NCBI GenBank assembly: GCA_965219205.1
Contig: CBDCMQ010000003.1
Span: 448,819 to 512,818 of the forward strand
Origin: Dehalococcoidia bacterium
Lineage (GTDB): Bacteria; Chloroflexota; Dehalococcoidia; DSTF01; WHTK01
Direction: 5' to 3'
DNA: 64,000 nucleotides
Shown here: one piece after another, positions 10,416-20,748 of the stretch
How positions within the stretch are numbered: the stretch's first letter is position 1
How the letters are laid out: every line of letters starts with the position of its first letter
Made by a program: the position numbers and the translations under genes
The notes under the pieces: model-generated
Seen by the model: only the letters and a program-made list of their open reading frames with translations
Databases searched by the model: none
What the model was told of the DNA's origin: nothing

Positions 10416-11342
10416 CTGGCTCGTGAGCGCCCGCTGCCGGTTTGGCGTTCGCTGCTCTACGTTCCGATTAACGTCGAGCGCTTTGTCGAGAAAGCCCACC
10501 TGCGCGGCGCGGATTGTATCCAATTGGACCTCGAGAACAGTGTTCCCGACAGCGAGAAGGCCTACGCCCGAACGCTGGTGCAGGATGCGGCGGGCCAAGT
10601 CTCGCGCGGCGGCGGCGACGTGGTCGTGAGGATAAACCGGCCTTTGCGGATGACCATGCCGGACTTGGAGGCGGTGGTCTCAGAGCAGGTGGCCGGAATC
10701 GCGGTTGCCAAGACAGAGAATGCCGCGCACATTCAACTTCTAGATGAGGTCGTGACCGAGATCGAGGCTGAGCGCGATCTGCCTCGGGGTCACACACAGT
10801 TCATCGCCATGGTCGAGAGTCCGGAGGCGTTCTTTCAGATTGAAAAGATTGCGATGGCATCGCCGCGCATCGCCGGCATCAACATCGGCGGCGAGGATTT
10901 CAGCGCCAGTACGGGCATGGAGCCCAGGGAGGAAACGCTGCTGTACCCGAAGCAACAGGTGGTGTTCGCGGCGCGCGCCGCCGGGGTGATGCCTCTGGGG
11001 TTCATCGACACTATTGCCAAATTCGGCGATTGGGATGCGTTCCGCGCCATGGTGCAACGCTCACGCAAGTTCGGCTTTATGGGCGCCTCGTGTATCCACC
11101 CGGGTCAGGTCAAGATCGTCAATGAAGAGTATCGTCCTTGGCCGGATGAGGTTGCTTACGCTCAGAGGGTGATCGACGAGAACGAAAAAGCCGAGGCGGA
11201 GGGCCGCGGCTCATTTGCGATCGACGGCAAGATGATCGACGTGCCGGTGGTTTCGCGCGCTCAGGCGACCCTGGACCGAGACGCGAGCGTGCGCGAGCGT
11301 GAGGAGAAGCACCGCAAAGCGAGCGCCGCCAGCGGCGGTTGA
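10416..11342 (+). CDS. CitE-like / HpcH-HpaI family acyl-CoA lyase (citrate lyase beta subunit-like)
   Basis: The conserved N-terminus RSLLYVPINVERFVEKAHLRGADCIQLDLENSV lies upstream of the first TTG of the tracked ORF (10524). The only start-like codon after the in-frame TAG (10386-10388) is CTG at 10416, which sits 5 nt after GAGGAGG (10404-10410). Confidence 0.75.
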   Translation: MARERPLPVWRSLLYVPINVERFVEKAHLRGADCIQLDLENSVPDSEKAYARTLVQDAAGQVSRGGGDVVVRINRPLRMTMPDLEAVVSEQVAGIAVAKTENAAHIQLLDEVVTEIEAERDLPRGHTQFIAMVESPEAFFQIEKIAMASPRIAGINIGGEDFSASTGMEPREETLLYPKQQVVFAARAAGVMPLGFIDTIAKFGDWDAFRAMVQRSRKFGFMGASCIHPGQVKIVNEEYRPWPDEVAYAQRVIDENEKAEAEGRGSFAIDGKMIDVPVVSRAQATLDRDASVREREEKHRKASAASGG

Positions 11343-11349
11343 ACGATCC

Positions 11350-12222
11350 TCAGGGAAGCTGCTCGGTCAGAGCCCCGTAGGTCTCCGGCCGGCGATCGCG
11401 ATAAAACTGCCAGAGCTGGCGGACCTCTTCGATCTGGTCGAGGTCGCAATCGGCCACGATCAGTTCGTCGTCATCCTCGCCGGCAACCGCGAGGAAACTG
11501 CCGCGCGGATCGCAGACGTAGCTGGTGCCATAGAACCTGCCGATGCCCCAGGGGGCTTCGTCACCAACCCGGTTGCTGGCAGCCATGAAGTAGCCGTTGG
11601 CCACTGCGTGGGCCGGCTGCTCCAGCTTCCAGAGATACTGCGATAAGCCGGCCACCGTGGCCGATGGATTGAAGACGATCTCGGCGCCATTGAGACCGAG
11701 AAGGCGCGCGCCTTCCGGGAAGTGGCGATCGTAACATATGTAGATACCGACCCGGGCGTAACGGGTTTGGAAGGTCGGGTAGCCCAGATTGCCAGGCTTG
11801 AAGAAGTATTTCTCCCAGAACCCCTCGGTGTGAGGCAGGTGGCTTTTGCGGTAGATGCCCAGGGTTTTGCCATCGGCGTCAAGCATCACGGCGGTGTTGT
11901 AATAGACGCCCGCCATGGCCCTTTCAAAGATCGGCACGATCATCGCCATGTCGTACTTCTGGCAAAAGGTCCGCATACGTTCGACGGTCGGACCGTCGGC
12001 CGGTTCGGCGGCAGCGTACCAGCGCTTGTCCTGAGATGGGCAGAAATAAGGCCCGTTGAATATCTCCTGCAGGCCAAGGATTTGCACCCCGGCCTCGCCG
12101 GCTTGCTCGATTAACGGCAGGTGGGCCGCGAGCGCGGCGTCTTGGATTTCGGATATCGGGACCGACTCGTCATTTATCGGGTTGTGGGCCTGGATCAGGC
12201 CGACTTTGACGTTTCTCGCCAT
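11350..12222 (-). CDS. Carbon-nitrogen hydrolase family protein (beta-ureidopropionase / N-carbamoyl amidase-like)
   Basis: The nitrilase-superfamily pattern is present: VKVGLIQ..., LQEIFNGPYF, YRKSHLP, and ICYDRHFPE with the catalytic Cys context. Confidence 0.8.
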   Translation of the reverse strand: MARNVKVGLIQAHNPINDESVPISEIQDAALAAHLPLIEQAGEAGVQILGLQEIFNGPYFCPSQDKRWYAAAEPADGPTVERMRTFCQKYDMAMIVPIFERAMAGVYYNTAVMLDADGKTLGIYRKSHLPHTEGFWEKYFFKPGNLGYPTFQTRYARVGIYICYDRHFPEGARLLGLNGAEIVFNPSATVAGLSQYLWKLEQPAHAVANGYFMAASNRVGDEAPWGIGRFYGTSYVCDPRGSFLAVAGEDDDELIVADCDLDQIEEVRQLWQFYRDRRPETYGALTEQLP

Positions 12223-12268
12223 GGTTTTCTCCTCGTACTCAGCGGTGCCACGGTAAGCGCCGCGCTAG

Positions 12269-13561
12269 TCAGTCAGATTTTGTCTGCTGGAGTTCTTTCT
12301 CCGTTGCTGTTTCTGCGGAAGTTGTCTGCGACACGGCTCCCAGGTTTGGATCGCGCAGCTCTTTGCGGCTGGCACCGATCCCGGCGACCACGGCGGCGCA
12401 GGCGGCGGCGCCAAGAATCAGGGCCAGGGGAGCCCCCAAAACTGCCGCTAGGCCGCCGCTCAGCGTGTAGCCGAGCGGCGGAGCGCCGCCGGCCAGCATG
12501 CTGCGAAACGCATCCACCTTGCCTCTCATTTCCGCCGGCGAGATGGCAATGATCGCCGAGTTGCGCAGGATCATTTGAATCGAGTTGGTGGCGCCAAGCA
12601 GGCCGGCGGCTATGAGGGCGACGGCGAACACAGGCGCCACGGCCAACATTACGAGTGCTACGCAGTAGGCCAGAACGCCGAATACTGTGTACAACCCCTT
12701 AAATTTCATATCGCCAAGGGACAGTATCAGCGCCGAACCGAAGAGACTTCCGATCCCGGGGGCGGCGCTGAGCAAACCAAAGCCCGCCGCTCCAACGCCG
12801 AGGCTGGTAGCGAATATCGGCAGCAGGGCCCGGTAGCTGCCCAGGCCGGTCGCTGCGACATCGAGTGAGAGCAACGAGACGATAACCGGTTTCTTACGCA
12901 CGAAAATCAGGCCGTCCAGGAAGCTGCGCCACGGGGTCTCCTTGGCCTTTTCGACAGCCGTGGGCACCACAATCGCGATCAGCGAGATCATGGCCAGGAC
13001 GTAGAACAGCCCGTTTAGCAGATAAACCGAGCCCAGGCCGACGATGCCGATTGCCAGTCCGGCGATCGCTGGGCCGCCAATTTGCGATGTTTGAGTAATC
13101 GTCGCGTTCAAGGCGATTGCGTTTACCAGCTTCTCGCGAGGAATCAGTCCGGGGATGATCGCGGTGCGGGCCGGCTGGGTAAGAGCAGTAAAACCGCCGT
13201 TGAGGACCGTTATTAGATAGAGGTGCCAGACCTCGACAGAACCGGCCAGCGTCAGCGCGGCTAGGGCAAAGACCAAAACCGCATTTGCGACCTGGCCGGA
13301 TTGGATCAACCTCAGGCGGTTGACCCGGTCTGCCGCGACACCGCCAATCAGAGACAGAACTATGTGCGGCACAGCTCGGGCCAAGCCGGTGAGGCCCAGC
13401 AGGAGGGCACTGCCGGTCAGTTCGAAAACCTGCCAGAGAATGGCGGTTTGCAGAAGTTGGGCTCCAAACGATGTTAGGAGGAGTGAGGCTGCGAAGCGGC
13501 GGTAGGCACCGTGCTCCAGGGCCGTAAAGGCCTGCGCCAGCCGGCTCTGGCTATCGGCCAT
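12269..13561 (-). CDS. MFS transporter (same subfamily as 7738-8997)
   Basis: A 430-aa multi-helix ORF with VAADRVNRLR in the loop 2-3 position. Confidence 0.8.
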   Translation of the reverse strand: MADSQSRLAQAFTALEHGAYRRFAASLLLTSFGAQLLQTAILWQVFELTGSALLLGLTGLARAVPHIVLSLIGGVAADRVNRLRLIQSGQVANAVLVFALAALTLAGSVEVWHLYLITVLNGGFTALTQPARTAIIPGLIPREKLVNAIALNATITQTSQIGGPAIAGLAIGIVGLGSVYLLNGLFYVLAMISLIAIVVPTAVEKAKETPWRSFLDGLIFVRKKPVIVSLLSLDVAATGLGSYRALLPIFATSLGVGAAGFGLLSAAPGIGSLFGSALILSLGDMKFKGLYTVFGVLAYCVALVMLAVAPVFAVALIAAGLLGATNSIQMILRNSAIIAISPAEMRGKVDAFRSMLAGGAPPLGYTLSGGLAAVLGAPLALILGAAACAAVVAGIGASRKELRDPNLGAVSQTTSAETATEKELQQTKSD

Positions 13562-13735
13562 TGTTCGGACGCTTTAGGCCGGTATGCAAATGCTTCATTT
13601 CAGAGACACCGGAGCTATGGTGCAGAATCCTGGATCAGGGAGCAAGGCGGGGCAGTTGGAGCGCCGAAAGTGACACGCGGTCCTCGCCTGCAGCAAGGGC
13701 GGCCAGCGCGGAGGCAATTCGCCAGCAGCGCCGAG

Positions 13736-14977
13736 CTAGACTTCGTCGACCCGCGTGGCGCCGGACTCGCTGAGCTTGCCGATCTCCTCCCAGCTGTAGC
13801 CGATCTCGAGCAAGAGCTCCTCGTTGTGCACACCGAGGACCGGACCGGCGCCGGTTATGCGCGGCGGCGTCTCGCTCATATGCAGCGGCGGCCCCGGGAC
13901 GCGCATCGTGCCCAGGGTCTCCGACTCGATCTCCTGGAGGTAGCCGTTGGCCCAATACTGCGGGTGCTCTGACATGCCGGCATAGTCCAGAACCGGCGCG
14001 TGCGGTATGCCGTGACTTTCTAAAGGCTGCACCCACTCATCGCGCGGACGGCTGAGGAAAATTGCCGCCAGCTCCTCGACCAGGGCGTCCTTGTTCTTGG
14101 CGCGCCCGAAGGGCTCCGCAAAACGCTCGTCGGCGGCCACTTGCGGCGATTCGAGCGCCTTGCAGAGGTCGAGCCAGAACTTTTGTGAATTGGCGGCGAT
14201 CGCCATGTGCTTGCCGTCTTGGCACTCGTAATTCGTGTAGGTGGCGGCGCGCCGGGTTTGGAAGCCGCTCTGCTCACCGGTTCGCAAGAACCCGACGATC
14301 TGTTTGGACTGCATCGCGACCATGGCGCCGATTAGCGAGCCATCGATCAGCTGGCCGATGCCGTCTCGCTGACGGACGTAGAGGGCGCTGGCCACGCCGT
14401 ATGCCAGCAGCATCGCGCCGATCTGGTCGGCGAAACCACCAATTAGGGCATGCGGCTCGCCGCCGGGCCCGGTCCCCTGCTCGTACATCACGCCGCTCAG
14501 AGCTTGTGCGACGTGGTCGTAGCCACCACGCTCGGCCCAGGGTCCTTTGGGGCCCCAGGCGGAGGCGGAGGCGTAGATGATATCGGGCCGAATCTGCTTG
14601 AGATCCTCGTAGCCGATGCCGATATCATGCATGACACCGGGACGGAAGTTTTCGACCACCACGTCGACAGTCGGCGTCAGGCGGTGGACGATCTCCACCG
14701 CCTCCGGCTTGCGCATGTCCAAAGTCAGGCTCTTCTTGCCGCGGTTGTGGCCTTCAAAGTAGGAGGAAAAACCGTCCGGTTTTAGCCCGTTGGAGCGGCC
14801 CGACTCACCACCAGGCGGCTCCACTTTGATCACCTCGGCGCCCATGTCGGCCAGGAGCAGGGTCGCGAACGGCCCCTGCTGATGGCGCGTGAAGTCCAGA
14901 ACCCGCACGCCTTCGAACGCCGCGGGCTTCGCCGCCTGCGGCGCGGCGGCCCCCTCCGTCTGCTTTGGCTGTGTCAT
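13736..14977 (-). CDS. CaiB/BaiF family CoA-transferase
   Basis: FEGVRVLDFTRHQQGPFATLLLADMGAEVIKVEPP. The start is placed at MTQPKQ (ATG 14977), which is preceded by GGGAG. Confidence 0.85.
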   Translation of the reverse strand: MTQPKQTEGAAAPQAAKPAAFEGVRVLDFTRHQQGPFATLLLADMGAEVIKVEPPGGESGRSNGLKPDGFSSYFEGHNRGKKSLTLDMRKPEAVEIVHRLTPTVDVVVENFRPGVMHDIGIGYEDLKQIRPDIIYASASAWGPKGPWAERGGYDHVAQALSGVMYEQGTGPGGEPHALIGGFADQIGAMLLAYGVASALYVRQRDGIGQLIDGSLIGAMVAMQSKQIVGFLRTGEQSGFQTRRAATYTNYECQDGKHMAIAANSQKFWLDLCKALESPQVAADERFAEPFGRAKNKDALVEELAAIFLSRPRDEWVQPLESHGIPHAPVLDYAGMSEHPQYWANGYLQEIESETLGTMRVPGPPLHMSETPPRITGAGPVLGVHNEELLLEIGYSWEEIGKLSESGATRVDEV

Positions 14978-15246
14978 TTCAAGCTCCCAGTCGACTTCAG
15001 CGAAGAATTCCGCTATAGGATACGCCAATGACGGAAATCGCGGAGTTTTGTACCGTTTGCCATTTCGCGACAATCGGCTACGAAAATGCGCTAACCAGGC
15101 CGCCTCTCCGAGTATCTGCTAAAGGGACTGCGGCGGCCGAAAGCTGCCATGTCTAACTCGCGGTGACGGTACAATCCCCTTCGGCGGTGCCTTTCAGGCA
15201 GACACAAGGGTTGAGTCTCGCAAGAAAAACTGAACGGGGTCAGAAA

Positions 15247-16422
15247 ATGGACAGATTACGAGTTGGTGTCATTGGGGCGGGACGATGGGCGATGGCGGCA
15301 CACTTGCCAGGCTGGACGCGCTCGTCGCTAACCGAGGTGGCGGTTATCTGCGATCTTCACCAGGATTTGGCCGATGCAGCCGCGCAGCAGTTCAGAATTC
15401 CCGACGCGGTAACCGATTACAAGCAAATCATCAATCGCAACGATATCGACATCGTCGACATTGTGACGCGCAACGACACTGACGGGCATGAAGAGTTGAC
15501 CTTCGCGGCGCTGGAAGCGGGCAAGCACGTTCTGGTCGAGAAGCCCGTCTGCCACGACTACAAGGATGTCTGGCGGGCCCACAATCTCGCTCTTTCAAAG
15601 GGGTTAAAAACCAAGGTGGGCCTGACCTTTCGTTACTCACCGGCGGTGCAGTACATGTACGACTTGATCCGCGAGGGTTTTATCGGTGACCCCTACGTTT
15701 TCAACGGTTTCGAGCAGAACTCGCAGTGGATTGACCCCGATACGCCGATGGACAAACGCATCCACCGCGTGGCGCCGATTGACGAGCCAATCCGCGGCCA
15801 GGATTTCAGCCGGGAGGGCATCAGCATCGGCTCGCTCGAAGGCTACGGCGCCCCGACGATCGATATTGGCCTGATGTGCACCGGCAGCGACCTGACCCAA
15901 TTGGTCGGGATCATGGCGAACATGGTGCCACGGCGCCGGCCCACCAACCTCGATAGCGAGCACGTTCGCATGAACATCGATGACGCCGACATGTTTATGG
16001 GTGAGTGCGCCAATGGGGCGCTGTTTTCGCTGCAGTCTTCCTTTGTGACAGTCGGCAACTATCCCGGCATCGAAGCCAACATTTACGGTTCAAAGGGCGC
16101 AATCAAGGTGCGGCTGGTTGAGGAGTTCGGCGAGTGCCAAACGATCAACACAGCCACGCCGGATTCGGTCGAATTTGTGCCGCGCGAGATCCCGCCGCAA
16201 TACTTCCCACCGGTCTACGACCAGGGCGAATCATGGCGCTCGCTGTTTTACTCCAACCTGACTCACAACTTTGCCAAGGAAATCGGCGCGGGCGGAGACG
16301 AGAACCAAGGAAACTTCGCCCAGAGCGCCAAGGTGCAAGAGATTATCAACGCGGCGGATACCTCGCACCGGCAGCATGCCTGGGTCGACCTTCCTCTCGA
16401 CCCCGAGGCTAACGGAGGATGA
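15247..16422 (+). CDS. Gfo/Idh/MocA family oxidoreductase
   Basis: The N-terminal Rossmann region is LRVGVIGAGRWAMAAHLPGW, followed by EKPV. The start is placed at MDRLRVG. Confidence 0.85.
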   Translation: MDRLRVGVIGAGRWAMAAHLPGWTRSSLTEVAVICDLHQDLADAAAQQFRIPDAVTDYKQIINRNDIDIVDIVTRNDTDGHEELTFAALEAGKHVLVEKPVCHDYKDVWRAHNLALSKGLKTKVGLTFRYSPAVQYMYDLIREGFIGDPYVFNGFEQNSQWIDPDTPMDKRIHRVAPIDEPIRGQDFSREGISIGSLEGYGAPTIDIGLMCTGSDLTQLVGIMANMVPRRRPTNLDSEHVRMNIDDADMFMGECANGALFSLQSSFVTVGNYPGIEANIYGSKGAIKVRLVEEFGECQTINTATPDSVEFVPREIPPQYFPPVYDQGESWRSLFYSNLTHNFAKEIGAGGDENQGNFAQSAKVQEIINAADTSHRQHAWVDLPLDPEANGG

Positions 16423-17373
16423 CGCCCGAAAGTCTCCTCGATGCCGTTGAGTGGCAACGGGTGCCGTTGGGTGTCGGCGCCGCGACCGGAACTACCGAGA
16501 TCAAGATCGGCAGCGTCGAGACGGATGGGCCGGTGGCCCTGATAACCGCCGGCATCCACGGCGACGAAGGGCCCTGGAGCGCCTGGGCGATCAACCAACT
16601 GCTGGAGCAGACTCGGCTCGCGGACCTGATTGGCACGCTCCGTATCGTGCCGTGTACAAACCCGCTGGCGATGGAAGCCGATGCCCGCTGCGCGCCGCTG
16701 GACGTGCTCGACCTCAACCGAGTCTTTCCCGGAAACCCAAACGGGTCGCACACTGAGAGACTGGCAGCGCTCTTGGCCGCTCACGCCGTAGACGGCAGCG
16801 ACACGATAATCGACTTGCATGGCGGCGGTAGCTGGTGCGTGAACGCTTTCGTGTTCAGCAACGCTAGTTGGCCGGAAGGTGCGGCCGCATTCGGCGCACC
16901 GTTCTCGGTGGATATGGACCAACGAGCAACCACGCGTGGTATGGGGATCAGTGGCTACGCACGCCAGCAGGGCGCCAAGGCGGTCAGCGTGGAGTTCGGC
17001 GGACGCGGCCCCCGACGAGGCGAAGTGGGCCCAACGCCTCGCTACCGGCCTGAGGCGCGCCCTGACGGCCTGCGGCGTGCTCAGGCCTGACGATTCGATC
17101 CCGCCGCCGATCGAGGCGATTGCCGTGCAGCCGAGCCAGGTGCTACGGCCATCGCAGGGTGGCGTGTTCAAGCCTGCGGTTGACCATACTCAAATCGGCA
17201 GCCTGGTGCCGGAGGGCACTCTGTTGGGTAGCTTGGTTGACCCGGCCACTTTTGCGACGCTTGAGGAGTTCCGGGCGCCGTATCCGCAAACAGCGTTGTT
17301 GCTGCTGCGGCCGACGCTAGCGCGAATCGAAGCCGGCGCCATGACCTACGTAGTTTCTCAACCTGTCAAATGA
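16419..17373 (+). pseudogene. Succinylglutamate desuccinylase/aspartoacylase (AstE/AspA, M14-like) family protein. The frame is broken at a C5 run, which may be a sequencing artefact.
   Basis: Motifs GIHGDEGPW, LNRVFPG and IIDLHGGGSW are present. The frames join at C5 17009-17013 (VEFGGRGP|DEAKWAQRLATG when one C is removed). ATGA overlaps occur with both neighbouring genes. Confidence 0.75.
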
Positions 17374-18404
17374 AGGCCCTTTCTGTGACTGAAGCACTCA
17401 CGATTGTCATCACGACGCCCCTAGAAGCCGATCAGGTTGAGCGAATTCGCGCGGTCGACCCGCGCATAACGGTTTTGTACGAACCTGACCTTTTGGCGAC
17501 GCCGCGCTACCACGCCGATCACGCGAGTTACGAGCGCACGCCGGAGCAAGAAGAGCGCTTTCTTAGCCTGCTGTCGCAAGCCGATGTCGCCTTCGATTTT
17601 GATCGCAAGCACGACCGTAAGCTGCACAAGATCGCGCCCCGCCTCAAATGGGTCCAGTGGACCAGTTCAGGTATCGGCCAAAGGATCAAAAACGCCGGGC
17701 TGGATAAGGTGGGTGTGATTCATACCACCGTGAGCGGTGTCCACGCTCGGCCGCTGGCTGACTTCTGCTTGATGGCGATGCTGATGTTTGCCAAGGACTA
17801 CGTTTGGATGGAGCGGGACAAAAAGGCGAAGCGCTGGGAGCGCTACTCCGGCGAGGAATTGACCGGGAAAACGCTGGCCATTGTTGGCCTGGGCCGCGTC
17901 GGGCAGGCAGTGGCAAGCCATGGGAAGAAGCAAGACATGCGCGTGGTGGGCATGAAACGTACACCCGAACCCGTGCCCAATCTTGACAAGGTTTATCCAC
18001 GCGAAGAGCTGCACACGATGCTGGCCGAGGCAGACTTTCTGGTGCTAATCGCGCCCCACACTCCGGAAACGGAGGGAATGATCGGCTCCCGGGAGTTCGC
18101 GGTCATGAAGCCCAGTGCCGTGTTCATTAACATCTCACGCGCGACACTGACAGCTGAGGATGCACTGGTCAGCGCCCTGCAAGAGAACCGGTTGGCCGGT
18201 GCGGCGCTGGACGTTTTTCGCACTGAGCCGCTCCCGACCGAGTCACCGCTCTGGGACATGCCCAACGTGATCATCAGCCCGCACTCAGCCAGCACCGTGA
18301 CACAGGAGAATGAGCGGATTACAACGCTCTTCTGCGACAACCTGCGCCGCTACTTGAGTGGCGAGCCGCTCTTGAATGTTCTGGATACGAAAAGGCTCTA
18401 CTGA
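17370..18404 (+). CDS. D-isomer-specific 2-hydroxyacid dehydrogenase family protein
   Basis: GKTLAIVGLGRVGQAVA is the NAD-binding motif. The typical C-terminal ISPHSAS is present. Confidence 0.85.
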   Translation: MKALSVTEALTIVITTPLEADQVERIRAVDPRITVLYEPDLLATPRYHADHASYERTPEQEERFLSLLSQADVAFDFDRKHDRKLHKIAPRLKWVQWTSSGIGQRIKNAGLDKVGVIHTTVSGVHARPLADFCLMAMLMFAKDYVWMERDKKAKRWERYSGEELTGKTLAIVGLGRVGQAVASHGKKQDMRVVGMKRTPEPVPNLDKVYPREELHTMLAEADFLVLIAPHTPETEGMIGSREFAVMKPSAVFINISRATLTAEDALVSALQENRLAGAALDVFRTEPLPTESPLWDMPNVIISPHSASTVTQENERITTLFCDNLRRYLSGEPLLNVLDTKRLY

Positions 18405-18602
18405 CCGAGGATTCGAGCACAGCTTCGTGAGCGAGTCTTTGCTCGCTTCCCGGAAATCGGTAAGCCTGGGCTACGGACCGCTTTGTGCTTGGGCACGCCG
18501 ACTATCAGCGAGCCTAGGAACGCGAGGGCCATTGCGAGCGGCCACGAAACGATTAGGCTCGCAGCGGTGGTGGTAGCCTCGGGCGGCCCATAGCTTACCA
18601 CT

Positions 18603-19100
18603 AGCAGCGGTGCGTTGGCAGATTCTCCGTCGTAGGCTTCGGCCGTCCTTTCGCCGCTGCCCTCAATGAAAATCACCAGCGAGTTGCCCGTGGCCCAGCT
18701 TGGGCGGTTGACGATCTCCTGCACGATGACCGAAAGGTCCGGTGTAACCCGTTTTTCGTTGACCAGCAACCAAGACGCAAGGTTGTTCCAAGCGACAGAG
18801 GCGGACGTCATAGGCCGGGATGAGATGTTGTCGCGCTGGCGCACGAAGGTGGCAGGGTTGTCTGAAGCCTGTCCGCGGAAGATGACGGAAGTGCTTTCGG
18901 AGTTTGTTACGTCCACCTCGAATTCAATGTAGGCCTCGATGATGACAGAACCTTGGGGTATATCCAGGTTGTTGAAACGTAACCCGACTAGCTGGAGCCT
19001 GCCGTTGTCGGCGCCAAGTTCCATGTCGGTGCTGGTTAGATTGACTGAACCCCTGCGTAGTCGCTGCTCGGCGTCATCGGACGACGCGGAAACCCGACTG
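18603..19100. repeat. Intragenic direct repeat, copy 2 (encodes the C-terminal module)
   Basis: It aligns with 20251-20748 at an offset of 1648 bp. The first 101 nt are identical, and overall identity is roughly 90% by eye. Confidence 0.9.
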
Positions 19101-20250
19101 ACTGCAGTGACCGGCGCCAGCACGGTTGGCGTTGGTGTCGAAGTTGCCGTGAGGGGCAGCGTGGGCGTGGCAGTCGGAGACGAAGTTGCCGTGAGGGGGT
19201 AGCGTGGCTGTTGCAGTCGGCGTGGCGGTTGCCGTGGGAGGCGTGGCCGTATTGGGTGCTGTGGGGCTTGCGACGGGAGTTGGGGTTCCGGTGGTGCAAT
19301 AACCGGGGACCGAATACGTGTCGATCAAGCTGCCGGCGGCATTGAAGAATTGGTAAGTGATGTCAGATGCGCTAGCCGTGACCAGCATTGCGCCCTGATC
19401 GGCGTTGTAGCGAACCATTGAGGTCGCTTCCGCGGGTAGGTTGCCAGGGTCGCCAGAGCTATACAAGTTCTCGCCACCTGCCCCGTTTACGAAGAAAGGC
19501 ATTCCGTTTACGTCCAGGCGTTCGTAGACATGGTCGTGGCCGCCCATGACCACCTCGGCGCCCCAGGTCTGGAAAGGCCACTGCATCCTCGTCGTTGAAC
19601 CGTGGTCGGAGGAGGAATAAGGAGCGTGGTGGAAAAAAACCACGTCGTAACAGGCGATCGATGTTGCTAACTCGCTCTGCAACCAGTTGGCCTGTACCGA
19701 CCCGACGCCGGTGCCATCCGGCTCATTTATGTCGCTATCAATTGCGAAAATGTGGACTAAACCGAAATCGACATCGTAGTAGCGCTCGTTTCCGGGCAGC
19801 GTGAAGTAGTCAAAGTAGGCGCCGCTACAGCTACCGGCGACGCAGGTCATCGAGTTCCAATCGTGGTTACCCAAGCTAGGCCAAAAGCGGTTTGAGGGGC
19901 TGCCCGCTCCGTAGCTCCCCTGATAATCGCCAATGTACTGCTGGTAGTACTGGCCGATGTTAACGTCGATCGTGCTCGCGTCTCCGTTGGGGTAATTGTT
20001 GTCCCCTAAGGTGATTACAAAGTCGGGATTCCAGCTGGCAACAAGGTCCGCCACACGGCCTTCGTTGACGCTGTCCCCGCCGTAGTCACCGATCACGGCG
20101 AACCTGAAGGAACCACTCGGCAGCGGCGTGCCAGTCGGCAGGGTCGTAGCGGTGGCGGGCGGCGTGGCAGTTGGGAAGGCGGTCGCCGTGGCCGTCCCGG
20201 GAGGCGTGGCCGTGACGGTGCCGGCCCCGGTCGACCCGTGGCTGACGACC

Positions 20251-20748
20251 AGCAGCGGTGCGTTGGCAGATTCTCCGTCGTAGGCTTCGGCCGTCCTTTC
20301 GCCGCTGCCCTCAATGAAAATCACCAGCGAGTTGCCCGTGGCCCAGCTTGGCCGGTTGACGATCTCTTGCACGATGATCGAGAGGTCCGGTGTAACCCGT
20401 TTCTCGTTGACCAGCAACCAAGACGCAAGGTTGTTCCAAGCGACAGAGGCGGACCTCATAGGCCGGGATGAGATGTTGTTAGCCGCGCCGATGAAGGTGG
20501 TGGGGTTGTCTGAAGCCTGCCCTCGGAAGATCACAGAAGTGCTTTCGGAATTTGTTACGTCCACCTCGAATTCAATGTAGGCGTCGGTGATGACGGCGCC
20601 CTGCGGTATGTCCAAGTTGTTGAAACGCAAGCCGACTAGCTGGAGCCTGCCGTTGTCGGCGCCAAGCTCCATGTCGGTGCTGGATAGATTGACTGAACCG
20701 CTGCTTAGCTGCTGCTCGGCGGCGTCGGACGAGACGGAGACCCGACTG
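20251..20748. repeat. Intragenic direct repeat, copy 1 (encodes the N-terminal module)
   Basis: See copy 2. The antisense ORFs 18666-18932 and 20314-20580 translate almost identically, which confirms nucleotide-level identity. Confidence 0.9.

Noticed and set aside
18398-18600. The C-terminal GPPEATTT-helix-basic tail of the phosphoesterase was considered as a PEP-CTERM or other named sorting signal.
   Set aside because: The motif does not match PEP, LPXTG, PGF or GlyGly consensus sequences as I remember them. I report only a generic C-terminal membrane anchor.
5503-19199. The three +1 events at CCCCC might be programmed ribosomal frameshifting or phase variation.
   Set aside because: There is no shared slippery heptamer or downstream structure, and the genes are unrelated. 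Five-nucleotide tracts are too short for efficient slipped-strand switching. A technical homopolymer error is more parsimonious.
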